Source of the DNA: Phoronis australis
Taxonomy: Eukaryota > Animalia > Phoronida
Assembly: GCA_002633005.1 (NCBI GenBank)
Contig: NMRA01000180.1
Location: forward strand, 619,955 to 683,954
DNA length: 64,000 nt
Direction: 5' to 3'
Numbering within the stretch: position 1 is the first letter of the stretch; each line of letters starts with the position of its first letter. The notes beneath the pieces are model-generated. The model was given only the letters and a program-made list of their open reading frames with translations, ran no database searches and had not been told where the DNA came from. The position numbers and the translations under genes are program-made. Shown here one piece after another: positions 24,201 through 35,529 of the stretch.

Positions 24201-27200
24201 ACGAAGATGTGGATGGTATGAAGTTTGAGTACGTGCATGTAGATAGAGTGACGCCATGGTCTATATTTTTCAGGAGGGACATGTCTATATTCTAAACTAC
24301 GAAGATTTGGTTGGCCTTGGGAGATTCAGGAAAGGAGAGGACGTCCGTCACTGTGCCAATGCCATAGTGCTCCTCTACGTGCGCCCTTCCGGTCATCTGG
24401 TGCCCATCGCCATCAAGCTGGACCAGGACGACGGACCGATCTGGACCCCAGAGGACGGTCTTGGATGGACCATGGCCAAGATGTACGCGAAGAACGCCGA
24501 CGTTCAGATTCATCAAATGGGAAGCCATCTGATGGGAACACACTTGGTGATGGAGGCCGTGATAATGGCCACATTGCGAAATTTGTCCAGTGTCCACCCC
24601 ATCTACAAGCTTCTTCTGCCGCACACTCGCCTCACCATCGCGATCAATACCCTTGCCAGAGCGAAACTAGTTGGACCTGGCGGTGTAGTCGATAAGACCT
24701 TTTCCGTTTCAGGAGGTTAGCTTAATTTTGAAGTTTACTTCATGCCAAGTCCAATGAAAGAGATAAATTCAGACGAAATCTTGTGACGTAAAGCAACCAA
24801 AATGTGTATAACGCTCGTCAGTGTACAATGCCTGAAATGTGGCCAATTTATTTCGGCAGTACCTTCAACATTGTTGTAGGAAGCGGGCAGATGATGACGG
24901 GTGCCATTGTTAAATGAGTGTTGACGTGTTCATCGTGAACAATGTTCGTACAACAAAGGTTTTATTTGTTACCGGGAAGTCATTACTAATAAGTGACAAG
25001 TATTTTCACGTGTTTTTGAACGTGATTTGAGAACGAGCTGATCAAATTGTCAACAATATAAATATTATCGACTACATGCACGCAGCACCGGTGTGACAGA
25101 AAAGTGACATTCTATCTATAACTAGCATCTTTCGAATAAGTTTCAGGTATACCGCGGATATCAAAAAAGCTGACTCGGATTTCGAAAACTCTGGACAACC
25201 AATCTATGCGAATTCAACTGTATTTGATTTCAACGCCATCACACTAACGGTATACCCCGTACGCGTGTAGGAACTTCTAATAGCCAACATTTTAGAAAAA
25301 TCACACTTGTAAGCCAAAGAGATCGGCCACAGTCTGTGGACAAATATCTTTTCTTTCTAATGACAATAAATATTTTATTTTCAAAGCTTCTGCAATTACT
25401 TTGGCGGAAAACCCGACAAATCGTTGTTTAGACACCTGGCCCTTTTTGATAATTTTTGTTGGTGTTTTTGATTTTGCTTGTACACACATGCAAACTTCAA
25501 GTTCTGGCAGCGCCTCATCGAAGAGACCGTGAAGTGCTCATATGCAGAAATTACGTGATCCAAATTGTGACGGTGTAATTAGCAATGGCAGTAGAACAAA
25601 TTCATCTATCTACGCACCAATATAAAAAAACCATTTGTATGCGAACACAGGACAGCTTTGTAGTTGATCTAATGAGTCTGGCTAAATGTTCCAGGTTAGT
25701 GACAAACTGGAGATAAAACCTACTTGTCCTATGCATGCTGTTGTTGCAGACGGCTATCACATCAAGTTAGTCGAGAGATGTTACCGGAAGCGTTTCCAGT
25801 GGAATAACCTTAACATCCCAAACGAGCTCGCGAGTCGTGGCGTCGAGGACGCCAAGCTACTTCCAAACTATCACTACCGTGATGACGCGCTGCTGCTTTG
25901 GGACGCCATCTTGGAATATGCCAGACAGATGGTTGCTATTTACTACACGTCAGACCGTGATGTGATAGCAGACGATGAGCTGCAAAACTTTATGAAGGAG
26001 GTAAGCACAGGTATGCCGGTAGGTCTGCCGAAATGCCGTCTATAAATTTCCTCCTGTCGTTATATTAACGCCTCATGGTATCTCCCACTAAGCCTTAGTT
26101 TGTATTACAAGCTGATAATCGGTGATTTATCTCCTCAAATTTGTTGTACTAGTTTTGAGTCTATACATACCGTTATATAGACATGTCTGTTCAGTGCGAC
26201 TAAGTATATCAGTATTGATTGTTATGTTCACACTTCTCAAAGTTATTGAATTACCTCTACTGCTTGTGTGTAACTTCAGCTCCACTTGGAGGGCTTCCCA
26301 TCCGCTGAAGGTGACCTTGACAAGCAGTGTCCAGACAGCGTCCGTACAGTGAGCGACTTGACCACCACCACGGCTATGATCATTTTCACCTGCTCTTGCC
26401 AGCATGCGGCTGTCAACTTCGGCCAATTTCATCACATGTCGAACCCACTAGCTTATCCACTAGCGCTTCGCGAGCCTCCTCCGCAGGTTAGTTTTCTACT
26501 GGGCTCCGTGGTAATCTAGTATGCAGCATGCAAGTATGAGCACGTGTGTACTGGAATGAGAATGGGAACCAATGACAAAACACTCTTTTACTTTCATTAG
26601 CGCATAGAACTCAAGCCCTGGAATGCATCTGCGATCTCGCAGCCGCTGAAGTTGCGTCCCGCATGCGTGAGAGTTGTTTACATTAATTTGTTCAGGCGTA
26701 TATACTTGCTATGGAGTTTACCGTCATTTTAATGACACTAAAATCTTTTACACAAAGCGAATTTGGCAAAAACCCGAAAAATGTTGGTAGGGTCTTGAAG
26801 TGGGATGGTATCCTAGATGGATTTAGAATCAAAGAAGCTTCGTTACGTTGAACTGATAATGCTTTAAATTGTTGTGAAAAGCGGCTATAAAGAACGAGAG
26901 GGTAGATATTTCGCATGCATGAAACCTTACGTGCGTTCAGTAGGGACCAGAATCTCGCGAAAACACAGGAGCACGCAAGACTCGCGATATATCGCCATGC
27001 CTTACACGCGAAGCACGAGATCACACTAGCTTCATTATCGAGAGATTCTATGCGTCTACGAAATTGTTAGTTTTTGAAATACGGGCGAATAAAAATTCTA
27101 GTCACCACAGAGTTTCTAATTTTCCTCCCACTTTTGATAAATGCGCGCATGCGCTGTCAGGCATTCAACTAACAGCTGACTGACCTGAGGAATGTTATGG

Positions 27201-30200
27201 CAGATTATCATTTGTGGTCGCATTCTGAATCTGGGCTCGACAGCACATAATGATGCAAGCCGGTGAAGCAAAATAATTCCATGTCCATTTCAGAATGTAT
27301 TTGAATACTGCTACACTTCTATAACTAATTTTTAGCAGTTAGGACTTAATCAATTGCCTCTTAATCGGATTGACTGCTGCTTGAAGTTGCCATTGCTTTG
27401 TTTACATCAAAGGTCAAAGATCACATTCTCCATACAAGGAAATGCACTCCATGTCTTAATTGCTATACCAAATAAGGAGACGTTCTTTGCCTTGTGGAAG
27501 AAAAATCGACAAGTAGGCAAATACACTTAATTTTGATGTGAGCACCTCTCAAAATATATAGAAATGACACATTGATAGTTTTTGGGATACCCTGTAGGCC
27601 TTCAATTCAAACAAAATCCAGTATAGTACAATAACAAGCTGACAGCAACGGAACGGGTGAACAGAAGCTGCAAAATTGTCGGATGGGTTTTCTTCCAAAA
27701 TGACATGCAGCGTGAAGCGTGAGGAAATATTGAGTTCAGCAACTAGGACCGGTAGCGGACGAGGGAGNTGTTCCGTTTTTTTTTTTCTTGAACACCTCCG
27801 GCCCCCGCCCCCACAACTTTTGGGCCACTGTGCACGTACAACCACACTTTGTCCAATTCCCCGAGGCAACATGCTGGGCCCCCCGTCATGGTATCCTAGG
27901 TCTGCCACTGACCAGATACTTTGCTTGTGAGGGCCCGGTACCCTAGAAGTGCTTAGCTATGCAAGTTGAAGAGAAGGCTAAATGTTCAGCTGAGACTATA
28001 CGGGACACGTCTAGACAACCAGCTAGGGAGAAAAAATAGCTGTCTCAGTGTAACATTATTCGTTTTACCTGAGCAAACCTTTTTTGAACAAATGCAATTT
28101 GTAAATAGTGACAAAGGAGTAATATAGTTGAAGTTAGATCCCTGCAGGGTCGGATAGAATGTGGCATTATCGTGGAATTACAATGCTGTGGTTCTAAACT
28201 TTTGACTTAATCAGACTGGGCTTCTGATATTCAACATGTTGTGTAGTTCTTTATACAATGTACATCCAGGTACAAGGAGGCGCATTATCCCGGTCAAAAT
28301 CAACGACAGTGAACTTACAAACCGACGTAACAAAGAAAATGAATCCTGAGTTCACCATTGTTAGTTGGATATTTTAGGAGCATTACATTTCCTGATTGTT
28401 CCATAAAGGCGAATTCGTCAATGTCAAAAAATTCAAGCAATCGTATAATCCTCGGTGGTTATTTATCTCTCCGGTCTGTGAAAATGTCGACTCCACACAC
28501 TCACTAACATGTCGGTCCCACTGAGTCGGCGGTGTTCGTCTCTGGGACCTACTTCCCAATGTCTCATATACTTCATTATAATACGTTAGCAACAATGAGG
28601 TACCAGATTCCACTGCGAGTACTGGAATCTGAATCAGGTATCTATAGGTATTTTCAAAACAGAAGTGAAAACTTCCAAAAAAGTATAACACTCCCCAATC
28701 GACGGTCTCTCTATCGGCTCGACAGTTACCTGAAAAAATGCAACGTAAACATTTCAACCGATTAATGTCATAGTTTGAAAAGTTTCCTTCCTAAATTTAG
28801 TCATCAGTTAAAGACTACCTGAATAATGCCTCCACGATTACGTGTACTAAAGTACGATTGTCTTTATAATATAATGACGTTTGCTGATCGAATGTAACAT
28901 AGGCCTACTGATAATGTACTGTACATATCCGAGAGGGCTGGAAGTGCAATTACATGATCGAGCCGCGGCCGACTGAACTGCACTGGCAGCCATATGGGGC
29001 CATCTTTTCATTAAGAGGCCAACCCCCGGAAAGAGTTTACATGTACGTCAAGCCAGGACAAAAAAACTTGGTAAATATCCCGTCTGATCTCGAGCTCGCG
29101 TGGCGTACTACGAGGTCACATTTTAGTAGATGCCGCAGTTGGAAAATTAGCGGAATACCACCCAATCAGAACAATGGCAGATTTAGGGGGGGGGGGCATG
29201 CCCCCTAAAATTACCATTTGGCAGTTCAGGGTGCGAATTACTGACTAGCATATGCGCGCACCCGGGGGGGGGGTCGGGAGGGCGAATGCACAATGCATAG
29301 GCCTTGAACAAACCCCCCTTTACCTTTTTTGTTTTAGTAATAAGGTCCACAAACCCAAAAATTCGAGACCCCTGCATCCTTACATTTTAGATTGGACGCG
29401 CGCATGTGGCAAAATTCTGGTTATTCCTGTGCCCTGCCCCCCTAACTCAAAATCCTGGATCCCCCTGGATATAAGCTGCATAAATGGTTTCAGCAGAATT
29501 TATCCTGTACAAGACAAACGTAACAAATAGAGGTATTTTAATCGTTGTCTCTGTGAAAGCGACAGCAACGAACCCGTCATATTTCTATTTGTTGTCGTAC
29601 TTTTTCAAACTAAGGGTGTGCCTGAAGAGCGAAAAGTGTATTTTTTCGTAACAATACTTTCCGTTCAACATTACAGCTGCAGTTATTCGAGAAAATGGCA
29701 CTGCTATAGACCTTATTCACGCAGTATTGAGCCTCTTTTTATGTTTAAAAACAATACATTTGAGACATGAATATAACGAGGCAGGCGAAAAATCACTCTT
29801 TGCGCTGTATTAAGCGCAAAATGCATTGCTTTAAAACCTAAAAAGAGGCTCACTACTAAAATGACGACTGCGTGAATGCGGTGTATGTTGAGAATGAGTA
29901 AAACACACGTGCATTATACAAACAGCTTTCCTTAACACAATTGTTATGTTTATACTATTCTTTCGAAATGATTTTTGCTTGATTCGCTTTCTATTATGTA
30001 GCACAAGCGCAACTTCCTAGTAGAGGACATCATGGCCGCCCTACCAGACGAGATGTTAACTGTGGCCGCGGTTGGAATGACGTACGCCTTGACGCGGTAT
30101 AGTGACACAGAGGTAATATTCAAAATGCAGTGTACGCGTTCATACTGGTTTTTCATGTTTCGTGCACCGTCACAAACTAAACATGACGCTATCTTGATCA

Positions 30201-31091
30201 ATACAACAAGTAAATGTTCATTCCTCTCAGATTGTGAGCTCAAGTTGGGGTACCTTTACTACGGGCGGCCACGTTACAAGTACGCAGTGTCTCGGATAAT
30301 GTGTTTACATTTCAGCTACCTGCATGATTTCGATTTGTGATGAGTGAATGGAATGTGCCCGAGCATTCGTTTATTCCAACTTTTGCATTTTTATCATTTA
30401 ATTAACAAACCGGGCACCAGCATCTTAACTGACATACCCTTGCGAAGTGAGTTCATTGCCTGAGCGAAATGTTTTCTATTTACAATGACTGGACTTGATT
30501 GACTTCTCCGGTTTTGTATGGTCAACCGGCTAAGACATTTGATTGACTTGTAAGCCAGAAGTCTTCATAGAGAACCAGCGGAGCCGGCGAAGTCAATCAA
30601 GTCCATTCATTGTTATCTTTTAATCAAAAATTCTCTCACGCATTGATTGGATTGCATTGTCTCAGTAGAGTTAATGAAAATTTTTAAATGTACGGACATA
30701 TCCCCCGATATACTGTTTTTTAGAGTTTGTGTTTTTATACCCGACTCCATTTTTGATATCAAAAAATTACTTGTCAAACATAGCGGTGTTTTAAAAGACG
30801 CATAACCTAAGATATGATATAGAACGACACCAAATTTAGATATTACGAATAATTATTAACATAGACCCATGCATACATGGCAAATGACTATTGCTATCAT
30901 TGCACACATAGGTGTATTTGGGTGATTTCCCAGAGGAACTGTTTGTCGAAGATGCAGCCAAGGTGGCTCAAGCAAAGTTCCGGCAGAATCTCGGCGATAT
31001 CTCGACAAAAATCAAAGCAAGGAATGATGGAAGAGAGTTCAAGTATTTGTATCTACTGCCTGAGAGAGTACCATCCAGTATCGCTGCTTGA
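18200..31091 (+). CDS. LOX-A: animal-type PLAT-domain polyunsaturated fatty acid (arachidonate) lipoxygenase, 11 coding exons, ~683 aa
   Basis: join(18200-18222,19267-19358,20108-20268,20773-21051,22125-22225,23580-23784,24274-24715,25750-26000,26280-26486,30002-30112,30912-31091) = 2052 nt. All introns GT-AG with consistent phases. PLAT motifs (YTAEVYT, GTDNNVYL, DDLEAG, DVGDL, DDWRLDKV), NGPNP, iron helix HQMGSHLMGTHL, NYHYRDDALLLW, QHAAVNFGQ and C-terminal YLLPERVPSSIAA. Exon 1 is the least certain. Confidence 0.93.
19267..19358 (+). CDS. LOX-A exon 2 (start of PLAT domain)
   Basis: tttcag| ...GPVYTAEVYTTDEKEWKRTGTDNNVYLSLC |gtgag. 92 nt, as in the LOX-B exon. Confidence 0.85.
20108..20268 (+). 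CDS. LOX-A exon 3 (PLAT)
   Basis: GVHGVTERVLLDKRWHDDLEAG...DDWRLDK|gtgag. 161 nt. Confidence 0.9.
20401..20546. mobile_element. Short MITE (GTTCAGTAACGCTAGGACCT termini), copy 2, in LOX-A intron 3
   Basis: Reverse complement of 15852-16003. Confidence 0.7.
20561..20640 (-). mobile_element. tRNA-derived SINE head (not a functional tRNA)
   Basis: The minus strand reads GGAGGCAGTGTGGCCCAATG...GAGGTCGTGAGTTCGAGTCCCAC, with A-box and B-box-like motifs but no clean anticodon arm. Confidence 0.6.
20773..21051 (+). CDS. LOX-A exon 4
   Basis: ggcag|VIITNN...FPVYAWI...LPKFVRFFDAKQYDIQ|gtacg. Confidence 0.9.
22125..22225 (+). CDS. LOX-A exon 5
   Basis: acag|HNFDVAKKKFGISTLIEKLHTWDKPEHVAHIGM|gtaat. 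Homologous to, and the same length (101 nt) as, LOX-B 50621-50721. Confidence 0.85.
23580..23784 (+). CDS. LOX-A exon 6
   Basis: WDDDVVFGTMVLNGPNPAMIRRCSKLPENFPVT. 205 nt. Confidence 0.92.
24274..24715 (+). CDS. LOX-A exon 7 (iron-binding helix, Coffa site Ala)
   Basis: LVPIAIKL...WTMAKMYAKNADVQIHQMGSHLMGTHL...HPIYKLLLPHTRLTIAINTLARAKL. 442 nt. Confidence 0.95.
25750..26000 (+). CDS. LOX-A exon 8
   Basis: RGVEDAKLLPNYHYRDDALLLWDAI...DDELQNFMKE|gtaag. 251 nt. Confidence 0.95.
26280..26486 (+). CDS. LOX-A exon 9 (third His and Asn iron ligands)
   Basis: IIFTCSCQHAAVNFGQF. 207 nt. Confidence 0.95.
29172..29467. mobile_element. GGCGGATCCAG/AAATCCGCC-type MITE containing a nested CATGCGCGCACCC MITE (29251-29406)
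   Basis: The outer element is the reverse-complement homolog of 45553-45716. The inner element has termini tatgcgcgcaccc / ggacgcgcgcatg with a near-perfect 5-bp flank TAGCA/TGGCA. Confidence 0.6.
29707..29887. mobile_element. Hairpin MITE (ATAGACC...TTCACG terminus)
   Basis: Outer arms attcacgcagt / actgcgtgaat. Inner arms gagcctctttttatgtttaaaaacaatacatt / aatgcattgctttaaaacctaaaaagaggctc. Confidence 0.65.
30002..30112 (+). CDS. LOX-A exon 10
   Basis: HKRNFLVEDIMAALPDEMLTVAAVGMTYALTRYSDTE|gtaat. 111 nt. Confidence 0.9.
30482..30613. repeat. 132-bp hairpin (MITE-like) in the last LOX-A intron
   Basis: acaatgactggacttgattgacttctccgg ... ccggcgaagtcaatcaagtccattcattgt, with ~30-bp near-perfect arms. 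Confidence 0.7.
30912..31091 (+). CDS. LOX-A exon 11 (terminal)
   Basis: VYLGDFPEELFVED...FKYLYLLPERVPSSIAA-TGA. 180 nt. Confidence 0.93.
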   Translation: MYLGDFPEELFVEDAAKVAQAKFRQNLGDISTKIKARNDGREFKYLYLLPERVPSSIAA

Positions 31092-33689
31092 TGACATCTA
31101 TGTTAACTTCAAGAGTATCTTATAAAGAGTAATGACGACGAGGTGGCTTAATGTTTGAAAATAGCTTTGAGGTTTTTAATTTTACTAACTCTACACCGTT
31201 TAATTAAATTTTATATTTATCGCATACCTGTTAAGGACGTATCTTAAGTTTATTTTAAAACAAATGTATTAATGTTTTCAGTGTTTGCAATGAAATATTT
31301 TAAAAAATAGTTAATTTTCTATAATTGTTCTTCAATGAGAGGTGTTGCATTTTCGAAGCCGCTTGTAATACGTTGTGGTTATTTAAGTGAGACTTGTCAA
31401 TCGAAAACAAATGTCAGCCAAATTTCTCTCACTGTGCAAAGCTCTCGAATAACTTCTCCACAAACATAAACCCGCCGCAGAAATGGGCTATTGCTAAGAA
31501 GTCGTTGAAGAAATCGTATCTGTTGACCATAGATTATAGACTACAGATTCGCAACTCCGGCATATCCTTACGTGCTGAGTTAAACTCTCCTGACCTATCT
31601 GCTGCAGTTTCCGGTCAGTGCATTTTAACAAGAAATACTTGCATCTACTTTACTGTCCAAAACAACAAAAAAATATTAATTTCGGCATTGAAACGGTTTT
31701 CAAAGTCTTTCAATAGTAGAAGTGTTGGTATTGTGAGTACTTTTGGCAATGCTACTGGTAATTAATTACAAAATTCAAATTTCGGTGCCGACTGATTATG
31801 TCGTCTGCTTGCCCAATAGCAGCATAGTTATCGGAAAGTTTTTGATTTATGGTTCATGCTGTTGACTGAGCACAGTGCGCATGTCTGGAGTAGTGTTTAT
31901 TGCTACCGCTTGGAAGTTTGTTGTAGTAAATTTTTTTAGTATTATAGTCATTCTTGCTATGTAGGGTAAACAGTTACTTATTAGCCCGACCTACTTTTGT
32001 TGGAATGGTCGACTAAGCTCTCGTAAAATCAATAAGCCTGACGAAATCGTTCTTTTGTGATATAGGTCGTTCAACCCATTGTGACCTACTGCGTGCCGGG
32101 GTCAAACGTTATCACATAGTTGAAAATGTTCTCTTGTTTGCGGCGAACGAGCTCGTTGAAGCGATGCTGGTCACTTGGTTTCGTTCCCCGTTCACGGGAA
32201 GGCCTGCAGTTTGGTGAGGACTATAAAAAGACCAACTGTATTTGCACTGTGCCGGATTCAGGGTCTGCAGTGCCCTAAGCTATCAGAATTCCGGCGACGC
32301 CACTTGCCGTTAGTGAGGCTAGTCTAGTTTTTGCACAAAACTTAAATAGCACACGGAATAAACTTATCAAACTGAAAGTTGTGGAATAACCAATGTATTC
32401 CTACCGGGAAAGCTGTCTCTCTAGTGAGCATTTATACGAATGTACACCTTAAGCTTATGCGCGTTAACGGCGTGACAACTATAATAAATAGATGTTTTTA
32501 CCGTATATGGGTGTGTTATTAGCCGGGGGTGCTGCGCCATGTGAACATTTTGACGAGGCCGAAGGCGCAGTATGAATAAGAAAGAATTCGAGGCCAAATT
32601 TATAGCATAAAGAGGGCGAATTCAAATGCTCGCTTCTTAGACGGAACGTGGGTTTATTACCCGCTCGACCCGAATTTGGCGAGTAAGACGGTTGAAATTC
32701 AAATTAAACCGATTTTTGTATGTTATACATCGACACCAATCATGCGCCTAAACTTAGTGTTAACAATTAAAAATAACAACAACAAAAACAAATCCGTTGG
32801 GATCAAATGGATACAACGAACTTCTCAACAGAGCCCCTACACAGAGGTGCATTCCACAAGATCACTGTTGGAGTAGCACAGTAAGGCTGAAGGGATACAA
32901 TATGATACAGTGGAAACTGGGAAAAATAATACAAATATTCCCTCCAGCGCACGTAAATTAAGCCCCTATGAATAAAACTTGACATAAATAACATGCAAAA
33001 TCAATTATTCAAGCTAATATAAAGGCACTGACCTAATTTTCGGGACCATAAAAATGACTTTATTACAACTGAATATTGCAGTTAAACAGGGTGCCATGTT
33101 CTGGTAAGCAGTTTGACCCCAGACTGATTAGATCACTTGTTTGAACAAATAAATATCAATTCTTTTCAATTACAACATCTCGGTCTTCAATTCATTATGT
33201 GACAAAGTAGTTACGCCGCTATTAAGGGTTACGCAGACTTTTTTCTTCAAAATCCATGGTTGACCTCCTCACAGCATCCTTCAGTAATCAGCCAGTGCCT
33301 GTGCTACTGACAAAAGGATCACCCTGTGTTTTATTGACGTGACCCTTCATGAAAATTTGTAGACTCTAGTTTCAAAAATACAACCGAATAAAATTTTGTC
33401 AAGTCATTCTCCGACTAAATGTTTCCGTCCGAGTACGCGATGGGGTGTAATCATTCATGCCCGGTTTCAAAGTTTGACTGAGGGTGGCGATAATCCTGGC
33501 AGTTATCTTTCTGGACCACATCACACTCGAATTTGCCGGGACCCGTTTTTGGAAGCACTGACTGGACATTGTCGTTCGCATTTCTGTTATTACGAATTCT
33601 GTCTCATCTCAGAATCGTGGAGCCAAGAGTTATCGTCGTCAGTGTACACACATTTCCCACCCCCCGAGTTTAGCTGTGTAGAGGCGCTG

Positions 33690-33888
33690 CCTAAAAATCC
33701 ACAGTCTCGACGTTTGCAACATATCATCGAATTCGAGACACACCTCGAGCAAAGCGGGCAAGTGTCTGACACAAATAGTAGAAAAATTGAATACGGAACT
33801 GTTGTTAAATATTGCTAAAGCACTACGTGAATCAGGCCCGAACCCCCTCCCCCCGCGGGAAAGGTACAACCCCAGCCTCTCCGTTAAA
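33690..33888 (+). repeat. ~195-bp dispersed repeat, second copy at ~62440-62633
   Basis: Near-identical blocks, e.g. attgaatacggaactgttgttaaatattgctaaagcactacgtgaatcaggcccgaaccccctc. Confidence 0.8.
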
Positions 33889-34219
33889 GCTAGTACATAA
33901 ACGAAATTGTTGCAGCTACTCGTACTACTAACTACAACGATAACCAAGTTAGTAATAATTTTGAATTATGATTCAAAGTGCTTCACGTAATCATCGAGTC
34001 GTACCTGGCCAACTTCACCCGAGTTGGCAAAACGTAGATGACAGTATCGTGGTGGATAATTCAATAGTCCTACTTCATTCTCTTTTATAAATGTATGTTC
34101 GTACTCATTTTTCTCGTATTCTGATGGCATGCCGGCAATTTCCATGTGCATGAAATCCAAATAAAGGGTTTCATTACACGGGCGTTGTTTTCGGTATAGC
34201 TGCAACACTGAATGCATCT

Positions 34220-34410
34220 AATAACGCTCGTAATCACGATCAAGAGTTCGTTCGTGTTTTACAACCGAAATCCTTCGTCCATAATTACGCTCGTGATTAT
34301 GATTGAGACTTCGCTCGTGTTTCGAGACCGAAACCGTTAGTCCATAAGCACCCCGTGATTACGACGAAGACTTCGCTCGTGTTTTGCCGCTCAAATCGCT
34401 ATATCCAATA
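34220..34410. repeat. Degenerate ~59-bp tandem repeat (about 3 units); the region ~34300-34810 has a diverged copy at ~36870-37345
   Basis: Recurring gacttcgctcgtgttt...gtccataa. The motif gagtgatttaccaccaac.tttagac occurs at ~34590 and ~37127. Confidence 0.6.
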
Positions 34411-35529
34411 AGAAATTGTTTTGTTGGTCTCGTAAGCTCTAAAGACGTTTTACCATCGTATTTTTCGCTCGTAATTTTAGTCATTATATTTAAGTACGAG
34501 TCCACGAAACCAACAATCATTAAATCTATACGCAGTTGATATTGTTTTTATTATGCAAGTGGTTTGTTTGCAAATGTCTTGAATATAGAGTGAGTGATTT
34601 ACCACCAACGTTTAGACATTCTACTACACAACCCCCAAAAAGCCATTTTGAACCAATGTTTTTTTGCAACGTTATATGTCCTCTGCACGCATTGTTCAGA
34701 GTAAGAGAATGAAACTTTGCGTAAATAAATGAAAAAGCATGGTTATTTTAATAAACAATGTAAAAGCTTTGTCAGACAGCCTGCTAGATATACATTTTGG
34801 GACATCAACATGCACTAAAACGGGCCACTTTCAAGTGCCTGGGATAGATAGGGCAACAAATAAAAACATTTCTGTCAGTCTTTGATATTTTCCAGCTTTT
34901 GTACTTATGCTTCGCACCTGAGGTTTTACCTTCTGAATAGTTCATAAAATGTAACAAATACGAGCGTGAAATTACGAACGTAAAACTACGATCGAAAAGT
35001 ACTAGTGTAAAATTACGAGTGTGACTTCCTCAGAGCTCACGTAACCAATTAACCACGAGCAAAGTTTCGGTGGTAATTACGCGAGACACTTTCACTGGTA
35101 CGGCCCGCGATGGGTTCTGGGCCATATTACATCCGAATTTGAGCTGCCTTCTTTGCGAGCAACCGTTATGACCTCCTGATTTCTGGTATTACAACCTTCG
35201 TCTGATCTCAAAAACGTAGTGCTGATAGCCCCCTAGTTCAGCTGCGTGAAGGGCCTTACTCTACGCAAAATATCAAAGGTCCACCCTTCTAGAAATCCGA
35301 ACCACCCCCGCGCAATGCTACAGGACTCCACTTGGCAAATTACATTTGTCACCCCTAAACTAAAACTCTTAGTTTCATGACACGTGAAGCATGGTATAAA
35401 AAACACACGCGTGACGTCGTCGCCACGACAAACATGTAACAATACATTAGACGATTTATCTGAGCCAATACAGCCGGAAATGTACTTCATTCAGCGATAG
35501 ACACTGAAATAATGAAACATTGACCTTTA

